This document shows positions 49,668-59,550 of a stretch of DNA of 64,000 nucleotides, piece by piece. The DNA is from Bacteroidota bacterium (lineage in GTDB: Bacteria > Bacteroidota > Bacteroidia > CAILMK01 > JACPUW01). The position numbers and the translations under genes are program-made. The DNA is taken from contig JACPUW010000035.1 of assembly GCA_016192035.1 (NCBI GenBank), forward strand, positions 52,323 through 116,322. The letters run 5' to 3'. Each line of letters opens with the position of its first letter. The stretch's first letter is position 1. The notes below the pieces were generated by a model that saw nothing but the letters and a program-made list of their open reading frames with translations, made no database searches and was not told the origin of the DNA.

Positions 49668-50171
49668 ATGTTGTCCAAACAAATCCTTGACAATGAAAAG
49701 GCTGGTGCCATTTTGCGCCGGATGTCAATTGAGATATGGGAAAAGAATTTCAAGGCAGAAAGAATTATCCTGGTGGGCATAGCCGACAAGGGTTTTTCAC
49801 TGGCCAATACACTGGCCGATACCTTGGAACAGGTGGGATGTAGCATTCCCGTGCTGCGATGGAAATTGCAGATGGATAAAGAAAGGCCACTGGATGGCCC
49901 ATTGGAAATTCGGGGTGAGCTGCCTCCTGCACCGGGAGATGCCGTGGTAGTGGTGGATGATGTGCTCTATACCGGCAAAACACTCATGCATGCCATGCTG
50001 CCTTTTGTGCATAGGGGACATGCCACCATACAATTGGCCGTATTGGTTTTCCGCGATTATTTGCGCTACCCCATTAGGCCCGATTTTATTGGTATATCGT
50101 TGGCCAGCACCATTATGGAACACGTGGAAGTGCGGATGGACGCACAATGTACCGAAGCGTACCTTAACTAG
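49668..50171 (+). CDS. Phosphoribosyltransferase-family protein
   Basis: PRPP-binding loop VVVVDDVLYTGKT. Confidence 0.65.
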   Translation: MLSKQILDNEKAGAILRRMSIEIWEKNFKAERIILVGIADKGFSLANTLADTLEQVGCSIPVLRWKLQMDKERPLDGPLEIRGELPPAPGDAVVVVDDVLYTGKTLMHAMLPFVHRGHATIQLAVLVFRDYLRYPIRPDFIGISLASTIMEHVEVRMDAQCTEAYLN

Positions 50172-50176
50172 ATACC

Positions 50177-50809
50177 ATGCGTTTTTTCCACGCCCCTATA
50201 GCGGGTACTTGGTTTTTGCCCCATTGCTGGTGGCGTTTGGAGGGGGCTAGCGGCATATTCCTAAGTTTTGATGATGGGCCGCACCCTGAAATTACCCCTT
50301 GGGTACTTGACCAACTGGCCGCTTGGAATGCCAAGGCAACCTTTTTTTGTGTTGGGGCTAATGTAGAGCGTTATCCACTTGTTTATGAGCGTATTATTAG
50401 TGAAGGCCATGCCGTAGGCAACCATACCATGCGGCACCTCAATGCTTGGAACACGCCCCGGGGCCAGTGGCTGGATGGGGTGAAAGAAGCGGCCAAACAC
50501 ATAGACAGTCATTTGGTTCGGCCGCCTTATGGCAAAATAGGCCCGGCCACGGCCTGGATGTTGGCCAAAATGGGGTTTCAATTGGTGATGTGGTCACTGA
50601 TAACCTATGATTTTGACCCAAAGGTGCGGCTAACCGCCATTCAGCGAAAGATTGATACGCTCAGGGGAGGTGACATAGTGGTGATGCACGATCAACCCAA
50701 GGCATGGCCCATGCTGCAAAAATTGTTGCCGTATAGTTTGGAGCGATTGGCAGGTAATGCCTTAATTGCCTTGCCATTTAGGCCATCACCTATTGGCAAT
50801 GGTGAGTAG
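50177..50809 (+). CDS. Polysaccharide deacetylase (NodB homology) family protein
   Basis: FDDGPHPEITPWVLDQL...GNHTMRHLN. Confidence 0.8.
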   Translation: MRFFHAPIAGTWFLPHCWWRLEGASGIFLSFDDGPHPEITPWVLDQLAAWNAKATFFCVGANVERYPLVYERIISEGHAVGNHTMRHLNAWNTPRGQWLDGVKEAAKHIDSHLVRPPYGKIGPATAWMLAKMGFQLVMWSLITYDFDPKVRLTAIQRKIDTLRGGDIVVMHDQPKAWPMLQKLLPYSLERLAGNALIALPFRPSPIGNGE

Positions 50810-51280
50810 GTTTCCGTTTTTATACACGGCATAATCCAGTAGGGGATAAAGGGCCGGGCCATCGGCCGGAAAACCGTCCCACAAAAACTTGGAACCGCAG
50901 CAGGGGACATAAGTGCCGTTTTCTGTTTGGCCACACTGCAAGAGCATGCCGGTGGGTTCCACCTCTAGGCGCGCGCATGAGCTGCTTACCTGGTAGCTAC
51001 ATGAGCGGTCATAGCACGAATAGGTATCGTCAAAGTTGTGGTACACCACCACTCCTCGGTTGCCCTGGTTGGGTATATACACATAGCCACCGTATGGGTT
51101 AAGGTCAAGATAGGCGGGGTCATTAAGGTCAATTTGCAGATTGACAAATACATATGGTATATTGCCCTGATCGCCGTTGCCGCCGTCACAGGCCGAAAAG
51201 CCCCATAGGCCAAATAGGGCTAAGCTAAAAAGGCCGTGCCGGAAAACTGTTTTTGAAAAGCCACTGGGTTTAACAATCAT
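50786..51280 (-). CDS. Hypothetical cysteine-rich lipoprotein
   Basis: Signal peptide plus lipobox (LWGFSACDGG), 10 Cys. The ORF extends to 51343. Confidence 0.4.
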   Translation of the reverse strand: MIVKPSGFSKTVFRHGLFSLALFGLWGFSACDGGNGDQGNIPYVFVNLQIDLNDPAYLDLNPYGGYVYIPNQGNRGVVVYHNFDDTYSCYDRSCSYQVSSSCARLEVEPTGMLLQCGQTENGTYVPCCGSKFLWDGFPADGPALYPLLDYAVYKNGNLLTIANR

Positions 51281-51323
51281 ATGGTCAAAGAAAGGGAGGG
51301 AGGGCCAAATAAGTTGTCCAAAC

Positions 51324-51815
51324 TTACGGTTGCAGGGTTTCAAACACCCCTTTATCCTTGTTTTTGCGCACGTTGTCCCAGCTAAATTTCATGCCGTTCA
51401 TGCTTATGTACACCCCATGGGGCAGGCTTTGCACAAAAGCCAGCGAGCTTCCCAGGTTGAACAAACCGTCAGAACTGCCAAACTTATAGGGAATCATGGC
51501 CCCGGTGAGCACAATGGTTTTGGGCAAATTGGCTTCGCCGAGCAGGCGGGCGGTCTGGGCCATGGTGTCGGTGCCATGTGTTATCACGATTCCGTCTTCA
51601 GGGCAGGCCTGGCAATTCATTAAGATGTTCTGCCTGTCCATATCGGTCATTTCCAGGCTGTCAACCATCATTAGGGTTGATATGCGCACATCAACCAAGC
51701 TCCGGCCCAGCTCCAAGATTTCCTGTATGTGGGTATCCCTAAAATACAGGGTGCCATTGAGCATATTGTATTCCTTGTCAAAAGTTCCCCCGGTAACAAA
51801 AATCCGAATGGCCAT
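51324..51815 (-). CDS. Asparaginase N-terminal-domain protein
   Basis: IRIFVTGGTFD and GIVITHGTDTM, the two asparaginase threonine motifs. The ORF extends to 51929. Confidence 0.55.
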   Translation of the reverse strand: MAIRIFVTGGTFDKEYNMLNGTLYFRDTHIQEILELGRSLVDVRISTLMMVDSLEMTDMDRQNILMNCQACPEDGIVITHGTDTMAQTARLLGEANLPKTIVLTGAMIPYKFGSSDGLFNLGSSLAFVQSLPHGVYISMNGMKFSWDNVRKNKDKGVFETLQP

Positions 51816-51941
51816 GGCAGGTGTGCATTGAACCAACAAAGGTGTAGGGAATTGGCGTAACCTACCCAGCTGCGTTGGGAAAGCCTGGGCGTGGGCCAGC
51901 CCGCTACCTTTGCGGTTATACCTTAACAACAGACCTTAATA

Positions 51942-52712
51942 GTGAAACGGTTTATCACTTTTCTCATGCGCTATGTGCCCCGGCCCTGGTTATTGCGGTT
52001 TAGCTATGCGTTCAGGGTGTTGGCCTTGCCTTTTTATCGGGGTGAGCGGCACCGGTGCCCCGTATGCCAAACAGGCTTGCGCCAGTTCTTGCCCTATGGT
52101 ATCCAGTCGCGCAGTAATGCGCTTTGCCCAAACTGCCTATCACTAGAAAGACATAGGCTTATGTGGCTGTATATGAAAGAGAAAACGAATTTTTTTAGTG
52201 CCCCCAACAAGATGTTGCACATAGCTCCGGAGCAGTGCTTCTTAGCTAAGTTCAAATCCATGCCCGAGCTGTCCTACACCACTGGCGACCTGGAGTCGCC
52301 CCTGGCCGACGTAAAAATGGATGTGCATGATATTCCTTTTGCCGACAACACCTTTGACGTGGTGTTTTGTAACCATGTGTTAGAGCATGTTACCGACGAC
52401 CACCGGGCCATGACAGAAATACTGCGCGTATTGAAACCGGGTGGATGGGCCATGCTCCAATCGCCCAAGGATCCTAGCTATGCCGTGACGAAAGAAGACC
52501 CCAGCATAAGCGACCCATGGGAGCGTGAAAGGGCATTTGGGCAAAAAGACCATGTGCGCATGTACGGCGATGACTATGCGGCACGCATAGCAAAGGCTGG
52601 ATTTGAGGTGGTAGAAGACAAAACCGTGGACAGTTTAAGCCCAGATATGGTGACATACTATGGCTTGGCCCCCAAAGAATACCTTTATATAGGGAAAAAA
52701 CCCAGGGCCTAG
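51942..52712 (+). CDS. Class I SAM-dependent methyltransferase with N-terminal CxxC...CxxC
   Basis: CPVCQT...CPNC, then methyltransferase motifs (VVFCNHVLEHV, LKPGGWAMLQ). Confidence 0.7.
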   Translation: MKRFITFLMRYVPRPWLLRFSYAFRVLALPFYRGERHRCPVCQTGLRQFLPYGIQSRSNALCPNCLSLERHRLMWLYMKEKTNFFSAPNKMLHIAPEQCFLAKFKSMPELSYTTGDLESPLADVKMDVHDIPFADNTFDVVFCNHVLEHVTDDHRAMTEILRVLKPGGWAMLQSPKDPSYAVTKEDPSISDPWERERAFGQKDHVRMYGDDYAARIAKAGFEVVEDKTVDSLSPDMVTYYGLAPKEYLYIGKKPRA

Positions 52713-53755
52713 AAGGGGTAATGGGCCAACATACGGTCCATGTGCTGGCGTAAGGTAAGGCCGTGTATCTGGGCAAAGTCGGTAGGAATGGAGAACCTTT
52801 CCTTAACCATATCCACTACGGCCTGGGCCCAAACAACTGGTTCAAAACCGCTTACTATCCTGCCGTAGCCCGTGGGCAAATTTGAGCCCCATCCGGTATG
52901 GGCAGAGAGCAAGACCGGGGCCCCACAGGCCAGGCTTTCAGAAATTACTTGTCCAAAGGGTTCATATACTGCGGGGTGAATGGTGTAATCGGCGGCAGTA
53001 AATAGACGCTCCGTGCAGGGTTCATAGCCAAGGTAGGTTATGTTGGGCAGGTGAGGGAGATCAAGAGGTGCACCGGCAATTTTGAGCTCCACCGGTTGGT
53101 CTTTCAGTAGGCTAAACACTTTCAATAAGAGCGGTATGCCTTTACGTCGGTGGGCGGTGGAGACGATGACGAAGGTGGTTTTTTGCTCAGACATGCCATA
53201 GTGCCGGCGCAGGGCTTGGCGTTCGGGCCAGAGGTTGCGGTTAAACCGATCGGTGGCCAAAGGCGGGGGCAGCACCACCATTTTATTGCGGGGCACGCCG
53301 TAGAGTGTTTCCAGGTTGTGGGCCACCATCTCAGAGCAGGGGTAAATCACCTTTGAAGCCCTGTAACTGTCCCTATCCAAATGGATTTGCAGCAAATCTG
53401 ATAGGTTGCGGGGGCTACGTCCTTGGGCCTTTAAGAACCCCAGATGGTCACCGGGCGCCAGGCAGGCTACTTGCTGGCCGGTGCGCTGTAGGCTAAGCGA
53501 AAAATCAAATTGGCTAGGGACAAAGTGTTTTCTCAATAGATGGTTGAAATACCAGAACCTGAATGGTTTGGGCATGATTCCCAGGGCTAGCTGCACCACT
53601 TTTACCCCAGGATGAAGGTGGAAATTGGGCGATTGTTTGTAGCAGAAAATGGTGATTTGATCTCCCCGCTGGTGGAAGTACTCCGTGTAAAGGCGCAGGC
53701 GGTTTTCCAAACCACCTACATGTGCTAGCCTCCAGTGCACCAGTGCTACTTTCAT
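52709..53755 (-). CDS. Glycosyltransferase family 4 (GT-B, group 1)
   Basis: EPFGQVISESLACGAPVL is the E-x7-E motif. Confidence 0.8.
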   Translation of the reverse strand: MKVALVHWRLAHVGGLENRLRLYTEYFHQRGDQITIFCYKQSPNFHLHPGVKVVQLALGIMPKPFRFWYFNHLLRKHFVPSQFDFSLSLQRTGQQVACLAPGDHLGFLKAQGRSPRNLSDLLQIHLDRDSYRASKVIYPCSEMVAHNLETLYGVPRNKMVVLPPPLATDRFNRNLWPERQALRRHYGMSEQKTTFVIVSTAHRRKGIPLLLKVFSLLKDQPVELKIAGAPLDLPHLPNITYLGYEPCTERLFTAADYTIHPAVYEPFGQVISESLACGAPVLLSAHTGWGSNLPTGYGRIVSGFEPVVWAQAVVDMVKERFSIPTDFAQIHGLTLRQHMDRMLAHYPF

Positions 53756-53796
53756 GCGCCAAAGAAACGGATAAAGGAAGAGGAAGGAATGATGGC

Positions 53797-54288
53797 TTAG
53801 GCTCCTACCTGGCGGGGGCCGCCGGAGCGTTCTTTATCTACCACTTGGTCGAAATGCTTGCCGGCATACAAAAAGCCAAAAGCTTCTGCGCCATCCTTTT
53901 GAAGGTATTTGTGGTGTACCTTGTGGACCTTGATAATGCGGCGCATATACCTGCCCTTAAATTGCCATTGGTGCTTAAGCCGCTTGTGGACAATGATGTC
54001 GTGAAACACAAAGTAGGCCATGCCATAGGCCGTGACACCGAGCCCAATGTAAAACAAGGGCCAGAGATATGGCACCAAAAGACCGCTAAAAATGAAGCCC
54101 ATGGCCAGTAGGCTGAAGAAAATGCCGAAGAGGTCGTTTTTTTCAAAGAATCCCTTGGAATGCACGTGGTGATCGCGGTGCCAAGACCATAACCATCCGT
54201 GCATCACGTATTTGTGGGTGGCCCAGGCCACCGCCTCCATGGCGGCAAATGACAGTACCACCAATAAGATTTTGATTAGGGTGGGCAT
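53797..54288 (-). CDS. crtZ: Beta-carotene 3-hydroxylase
   Basis: Fatty-acid-hydroxylase histidine boxes (HKYVMH, HRDHH, HHKY). 163 aa. Confidence 0.8.
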   Translation of the reverse strand: MPTLIKILLVVLSFAAMEAVAWATHKYVMHGWLWSWHRDHHVHSKGFFEKNDLFGIFFSLLAMGFIFSGLLVPYLWPLFYIGLGVTAYGMAYFVFHDIIVHKRLKHQWQFKGRYMRRIIKVHKVHHKYLQKDGAEAFGFLYAGKHFDQVVDKERSGGPRQVGA

Positions 54289-54842
54289 TAGAGCAGTCCG
54301 GTGAGCTTAATGCTCAGTGGGCTCACATTACTCAGGAACATTTCCAGGTACTCGCCATCTTCGTCCACCATGTATTTCTGGAAGTTCCACTTAACGGTGG
54401 TGCTCTCTACGCCGTTGAGCTCCTTTCGGGTGAGCCATCGGAATACTGGGTGTTGCCCGGGGCCTTTTACCTCCACTTTCTGGGTGATTTGGAAAGTAAC
54501 GCCGTAATTTTTCTGGCAGAAGGCCTTGATTTCTTCATGGGTGCCAGGTTCTTGTCCGCCAAACTGATTGCACGGCATGCCTATCACCACGAGTTTGTCG
54601 CCGTGTTCGAGGTGTAGTTTTTCCAATTCGGCATACTGTGGCGTGAACCCGCACTCAGAGGCAACATTTACAAACAAAATTTTCTTTCCCTTAAAACTTG
54701 ACAGTGCTATTTCATCACCGTCTATCAAGGTTATCTTGTATTCATGGATTGACTTCTCCATTTCATTTTGGTTTTTCTGGTATGAATAAGCAACACCGGC
54801 AATAAACAGGATACCTGCCGTAACGAAAATCCAGGTTTTCAT
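54288..54842 (-). CDS. Glutathione peroxidase
   Basis: ILFVNVASECGFTPQY...GMPCNQFGGQEPG. Peroxidatic Cys in the VASEC context. Confidence 0.9.
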   Translation of the reverse strand: MKTWIFVTAGILFIAGVAYSYQKNQNEMEKSIHEYKITLIDGDEIALSSFKGKKILFVNVASECGFTPQYAELEKLHLEHGDKLVVIGMPCNQFGGQEPGTHEEIKAFCQKNYGVTFQITQKVEVKGPGQHPVFRWLTRKELNGVESTTVKWNFQKYMVDEDGEYLEMFLSNVSPLSIKLTGLL

Positions 54843-55549
54843 TGGTGCAAAGTTTGATGATTATAGGTGAATATTTTCAGCCTTAAAAGCTCAAAAATTG
54901 TTACATTAGTCATTATCAGTAGCATACCATACCATAAATCTTCAAAAGGTATGCTTCCGAGGCGGATTCCCACTGTTTCGGCATTGTTATACCACACAAT
55001 GGGTAGGGCGGTAAGCGCGCCGTTGACCAGTGAAAAGGGAATGATGGACAGGGCAAAGGCTACCAGGAAATTGGCCAACGAGTGATGGGCAAGTACTAGG
55101 AAATGAACTACAAAGGCGATGGAAAGCAAGAGGAAGGTAGTACTTGGATAGGCCAGGCCCAAACTGGAAAGGCCGGCTAACAATGCCCCCAGGGCCAGCG
55201 CAAAGGTGAGGGCGCGAGCCAGGCGGCGGCCCATTTGAAAATTGGCATACACCCTAACGCACTCATAGACAAAAACACAGGCATAGGGCACCACTATAAA
55301 GAACAGGCACTCTTCAATAGGTAGGTTAAACAGGCGTATGCCGGTGATGTACTGCGGATTAAAGCCCCATACCCCGGTTTCGGTAAACCACACATCCCAA
55401 GGAATGAAGACCGCTGCGGTAAGGAGCATGGCGAGCCCAAGTGGTTTGAGCAACCTATAGAACGCCACCTTCTTGTCAAAGGACAAGGCCAGGGGAGCCA
55501 AGATGGTGAGGGCGTCTATGGCCAGGTAGGTATATTTTCCCAGGTACAT
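54839..55549 (-). CDS. Lycopene cyclase domain protein (fused CrtYcd-type)
   Basis: 236 aa polytopic. WDVWFTETGVWGFNP and PIEECLFFIVVPY resemble CrtYc/Yd. Confidence 0.65.
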   Translation of the reverse strand: MYLGKYTYLAIDALTILAPLALSFDKKVAFYRLLKPLGLAMLLTAAVFIPWDVWFTETGVWGFNPQYITGIRLFNLPIEECLFFIVVPYACVFVYECVRVYANFQMGRRLARALTFALALGALLAGLSSLGLAYPSTTFLLLSIAFVVHFLVLAHHSLANFLVAFALSIIPFSLVNGALTALPIVWYNNAETVGIRLGSIPFEDLWYGMLLIMTNVTIFELLRLKIFTYNHQTLHQ

Positions 55550-56385
55550 TACAGGGCGTTGAGCTGGTACTGCACATATGACTTCATGAGCAGGTAGAGT
55601 TTTTTGCTATTGGCCACCCTTACGCGTTTTTGTTTGATTACCTCGGGCTTAAGGCCTTTGATTTTGGAAAACAAACGCCGGTAGTAGATGTAGGCCAAAT
55701 ACACGCCCCTGCGGCAGCCGTGGGGCAGACGGACAATACCCGTGTAGGCATCATCAAAGTCGCGGGCTATGTCGGCTTCAATGGCCTGCTTGGCGCTCAG
55801 GTCAAAGCGGTCAAAATCGACACCGGGGAAATACACCCTGCCCCGTTCTTCCACGTCGTCCTTAATGTCGCGCAAGAAATTGACTTTTTGGAAGGCCGCG
55901 CCCAGTTTGCGGGCGGGCGATTGCAATGATTCAAAGTCGGCGGCATTGCCGTCCACAAATACCCATAAGCACATGAGCCCTACCACTTCCGCCGAACCGT
56001 AAATGTATTTGTTGTAGCCATCGCTTTGGTAGCTGTGGAAATGAAGGTCCATTTCCATGCTTTCGAGGAAGGCATCAATGAGCGCATAATCAATATGGTA
56101 CCGATGAACCACTACTTGGAAAGCGTGCAGCACCGGATTGAGGCTTATACCCTGGTGAATGGCCTGAAAAGTATCCTCCCTGAACTTTTGGAGTAGGGCG
56201 GCCTTGTCGGCATGGTGAAAGGTGTCCACTATTTCGTCGGCAAACCGGACGAAGGCATAGATGGAATACACGGGCTGGCGATATTTTGGTGCCAGGCTTT
56301 TGATACCCAGAGAAAACGAGGTGCTATATGCCTGGGTAACCATGCGGCTACACTGCCTGCAAGTCTGGTTGTAGAGTTCTAGCAT
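55549..56385 (-). CDS. crtB: Phytoene synthase
   Basis: SFSLGIKSL...YAFVRFADEIVD...YIYGSAEVVG are the squalene/phytoene synthase motifs. Confidence 0.85.
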   Translation of the reverse strand: MLELYNQTCRQCSRMVTQAYSTSFSLGIKSLAPKYRQPVYSIYAFVRFADEIVDTFHHADKAALLQKFREDTFQAIHQGISLNPVLHAFQVVVHRYHIDYALIDAFLESMEMDLHFHSYQSDGYNKYIYGSAEVVGLMCLWVFVDGNAADFESLQSPARKLGAAFQKVNFLRDIKDDVEERGRVYFPGVDFDRFDLSAKQAIEADIARDFDDAYTGIVRLPHGCRRGVYLAYIYYRRLFSKIKGLKPEVIKQKRVRVANSKKLYLLMKSYVQYQLNAL

Positions 56386-57862
56386 GTTGGTGATTTTTGA
56401 TGATGCGTTCGGTGACCAATTTTGAGCTTACCACTACCATGGGCAGTCCTGTTCCGGGGGTGGTAGAGGCGCCCACGTAGTATAAGTTGTCAAATACTTC
56501 GTCTTGGTTCTTGGGCCTGAACCAGCCTATTTGGTTTAGGTCATGGGCCAAGCCCAACCCGCTTCCCTTATAGAGATTGAATTTGGATTCCCAATCCTTT
56601 GGCGTCCAAACCGTTTTGGAAAGGATATTGCCGCCAATGTCAAATCCCACCCGTTTGCCCAGGTCTTCTAATATGTTGTCGGCCAGGGCATTGGCATCGT
56701 CCCAATTTGATTTGTACCTCAGGTCGGGCACGGGGCACAAAATGAAGAGGTTTTCGCAGCCTTGAGGGGCGCAGGTATCGTTCATTTTGGAAAGCACGTT
56801 CACATAATAATAGGGTCTATCAGGGCTGGTTTGACGGGAGAAGATGTCGTCGGCGTATTCTTTAAAGTGTTCGCCCAGAAAGTAGTTGTGGTGGTGCAGG
56901 TTGTCAATTTTGCCATTCACACCCAGGTAAATGGTGAAGGGGGCCAGGGTCCACTTCTTTTGGTCAAGGCGGGATTCTGAAAACTGTGGGCGGCCCAGCA
57001 CCTGGCCCCTAAAGGCGGCCGCATCGCTATTGACCACATATACATCGGCTTTCCAGATTTTTCCGTGCTGGTCGCGCAGGCCAACTACCTGACCATTTTT
57101 CGAGCGTACTTCGGTGACTTCGGTGAGGAAAGAGAAATCCACGTTTCTTTTTTTCAACTCGGCCATCATCACGTCCACTATCTGATACATGCCGCCCTTT
57201 ACGTTCCAGTATCCATTGTGTTTGAGTTCGGTATAGTTGAGCAAGCTATACACGGCCGGTGTGTTAAAAGGGGTGGCGCCCAGAAAAAATGCCACCAGGG
57301 AGAAGATGATTTTGACCTCTTCGCTCTTAAAATGGCGGTTTAACTCGTCCCACATGCTGCGGTAAAGCATGGGCACGTACTTGATAGGTACTTTGGTAAA
57401 TTGGAGGAAGAACTGAAAGGGATTGTCAAAGTTGTTTTTGACGATGGGGTATTCAGTGGTGTGAAACAGGTCTTTTGCTTTGGCCAGGTAGGTATCTAGT
57501 TTTTTGAGGAAATCAGGTTCTATTGAGGCGAATTCCCTGGCCAGGTTGTCCAGGCTCTTGTACACCCGGTATTGACCGCGTTTTCCGGCAAAGTTGACGG
57601 TGTATAGCGGGTCAAGTTCATGAAAATCAATGGGGTTTTTCATGCCCACGCTATCAAAGAGTTCGTCGAACTCATAGCTCATGGAGAAGAAGGATGGGCC
57701 AACGTCCCAGGTAAAGCCGTCTTTTTTAAGCTGGTTGAGCCTGCCACCGGCTTGGTGGTGTTTTTCAAGTACCTGTACCTGATAGCCCAGGTGGGCCAGG
57801 CGCAGTGCGGTGGACAATCCCCCGAGCCCTGAGCCAACTATTAGTGCCTTAGGCTGCTGCAT
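56348..57862 (-). CDS. crtI: Phytoene desaturase
   Basis: FAD fold ALIVGSGLGGLSTALRLA...VLEKHHQAGGR and C-terminal GASTTPGTGLPMVV. Confidence 0.9.
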   Translation of the reverse strand: MQQPKALIVGSGLGGLSTALRLAHLGYQVQVLEKHHQAGGRLNQLKKDGFTWDVGPSFFSMSYEFDELFDSVGMKNPIDFHELDPLYTVNFAGKRGQYRVYKSLDNLAREFASIEPDFLKKLDTYLAKAKDLFHTTEYPIVKNNFDNPFQFFLQFTKVPIKYVPMLYRSMWDELNRHFKSEEVKIIFSLVAFFLGATPFNTPAVYSLLNYTELKHNGYWNVKGGMYQIVDVMMAELKKRNVDFSFLTEVTEVRSKNGQVVGLRDQHGKIWKADVYVVNSDAAAFRGQVLGRPQFSESRLDQKKWTLAPFTIYLGVNGKIDNLHHHNYFLGEHFKEYADDIFSRQTSPDRPYYYVNVLSKMNDTCAPQGCENLFILCPVPDLRYKSNWDDANALADNILEDLGKRVGFDIGGNILSKTVWTPKDWESKFNLYKGSGLGLAHDLNQIGWFRPKNQDEVFDNLYYVGASTTPGTGLPMVVVSSKLVTERIIKNHQHARTLQPDLQAV

Positions 57863-58370
57863 GGGTTATGTTTAGGTGTTGAAGCATTCTTTTGAGTTCT
57901 TGGCGGGCCAGGAAGATGCGGCTTTTTACGGTGCCAAGAGGGAGTCCCAGTTCATTGGCAATTTCTTGATACTTATATCCTTCAAAATGGCGCATAAACG
58001 GTATGCGGTATTCATCCTGTAATTTGGCTACCACTCTTTCCAGGTCTTCCATCATCATACTTGACTGGGCGCGGTTGGGCTCATGAAGCTGGCCGTGGTC
58101 TAAGAAAAAGCCTTCTTCGGTGTCGTCGTGAGAAACCTTAAGCCTTCCCTTTCGGCGGTAGTTGTTGATGAAAATGTTTTTCATTATGGTGTACAACCAT
58201 GCTTTGATATTGGTGCCATCTTCAAATTTTTCCCGGTTGTTCAGGGCTTTGAACATGGTTTCCTGTAGTAGGTCGTTGGTGTCCTCTAGGTCGTTGGTGA
58301 GGTGGAGGGCATATGGCTTCAAAAAGCTCTGAAGCGCTATTACGTGGGTTTGAAATTCGTGAGTGGACAT
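57849..58370 (-). CDS. ECF-type RNA polymerase sigma-70 factor
   Basis: Region 2 (LLQETMFKAL...WLYTIMKNIFIN) and region 4 (YQEIANELGLPLGTVKSRIFLARQ). Confidence 0.85.
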   Translation of the reverse strand: MSTHEFQTHVIALQSFLKPYALHLTNDLEDTNDLLQETMFKALNNREKFEDGTNIKAWLYTIMKNIFINNYRRKGRLKVSHDDTEEGFFLDHGQLHEPNRAQSSMMMEDLERVVAKLQDEYRIPFMRHFEGYKYQEIANELGLPLGTVKSRIFLARQELKRMLQHLNITHAAA

Positions 58371-58987
58371 TTGTTTAATTTATGATGGTTCAAACTTAAA
58401 CAGTATGAGAATATCTCCCTGTGTTTTGTGGAGCGATTTAGTTCTTTTTATTAAACAGAAAATCAAAATGCGTGTCAGAACATGTAATTTCAATGATTTC
58501 AATCTTAGCCATTAACAAGGTTTAACTGGATGCCGGAAGCAATTAGGGGGTGCTTATGGCTGTGCCAAGCCTTGTGTAAGGCAGTATAGACAAGGGACCC
58601 GCAGGGCAATGGATTCACCACCAAGGGCTAAAGCATATGGGGCGAAGTGAGCGGTGGGAGGGTGGGGCGCACTGCTTGGACAGGCCTGGCCACCGCCACA
58701 ACCATATGAAAACCATGCCTATAAATCCTGAAAGGTAGGCGGCAAGATAGCCAGGGGGGCAGGGCACAGGTAGGAGGGTTTGGCCATGGGCAGACTGCCA
58801 AAGATGTTGTGCATGAAGAGGATGTGGAATTTGAGTTGCTAGGGTGGAGTGTGGGGCAGATTGTTTTTTTTACCCAATACTAAAGGGCAGCTACTGGGTG
58901 GATGGGATTGGCCAGGTGTGTGGCCTATGGCAGTGGGATTAGGAGGGCGGGGCAATTCTGTATTTTTGGCCGGTGAATCGAGCATGT

Positions 58988-59550
58988 ATGAGAGGTGGCC
59001 TGTTCCTGGTTTTGTGGGTGGGCTTGCTGTTGTGGTCGCCAAAGGCACAGTGCCAGAAACAGTATTTCTTTGAGCTTTCGCCACTGTATTTTTTTTACCA
59101 GGGTGGTGGTGGGGCCATAGGGGCTGAAAAGGGCCACTGGCAAAACGGTTTTTCGTTTACCACGTTCAACCCTAGCAGTTTTGTGCAGGGCGGAAAGGTG
59201 CATGTGACAGGGAGCTACCAAGCCCTAAGGGCCATGAACTTTGAGCCTTTTACCAAGTTCTTTTTTAGCAAGGAGCGTAAATGGGTGTACCTGGGACTGC
59301 ACTTGGTGCCTGAAATTTACCAGGTGCTTGACCAGTCAACGGGCACTACCAACTATCAGATTAATCTGTATGCGAAACCTAAGGCGGGCATTAGGTGGTT
59401 TCCGTTTAAGGAGGTGCTGTACCTGGACCTGGGGTATGCGGTGAGCGTGCGCCTGCTGGATGCTCCGCTTGACCATGTGAACGGTAGCACACTGCAGTGG
59501 AATGACTATGTGGGTTATCCGGAGGCGAGTATTGGGCTGAGGATTAAGTG
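58988..59550 (+). CDS. Hypothetical secreted beta-rich protein (possible small outer-membrane beta-barrel)
   Basis: Signal peptide MRGGLFLVLWVGLLLWSPKAQ, then alternating hydrophobic pattern. The stop TGA sits immediately before the heptamer repeat. The ORF begins at 58973. Confidence 0.4.

Noticed and set aside
58839-59221. Several 70-100 aa ORFs on both strands in the G-rich spacer (e.g. 58849..59073, 58925..59221)
   Set aside because: They are Trp/Gly/Pro-rich translations of purine-rich DNA. They overlap each other in multiple frames and have no start context.
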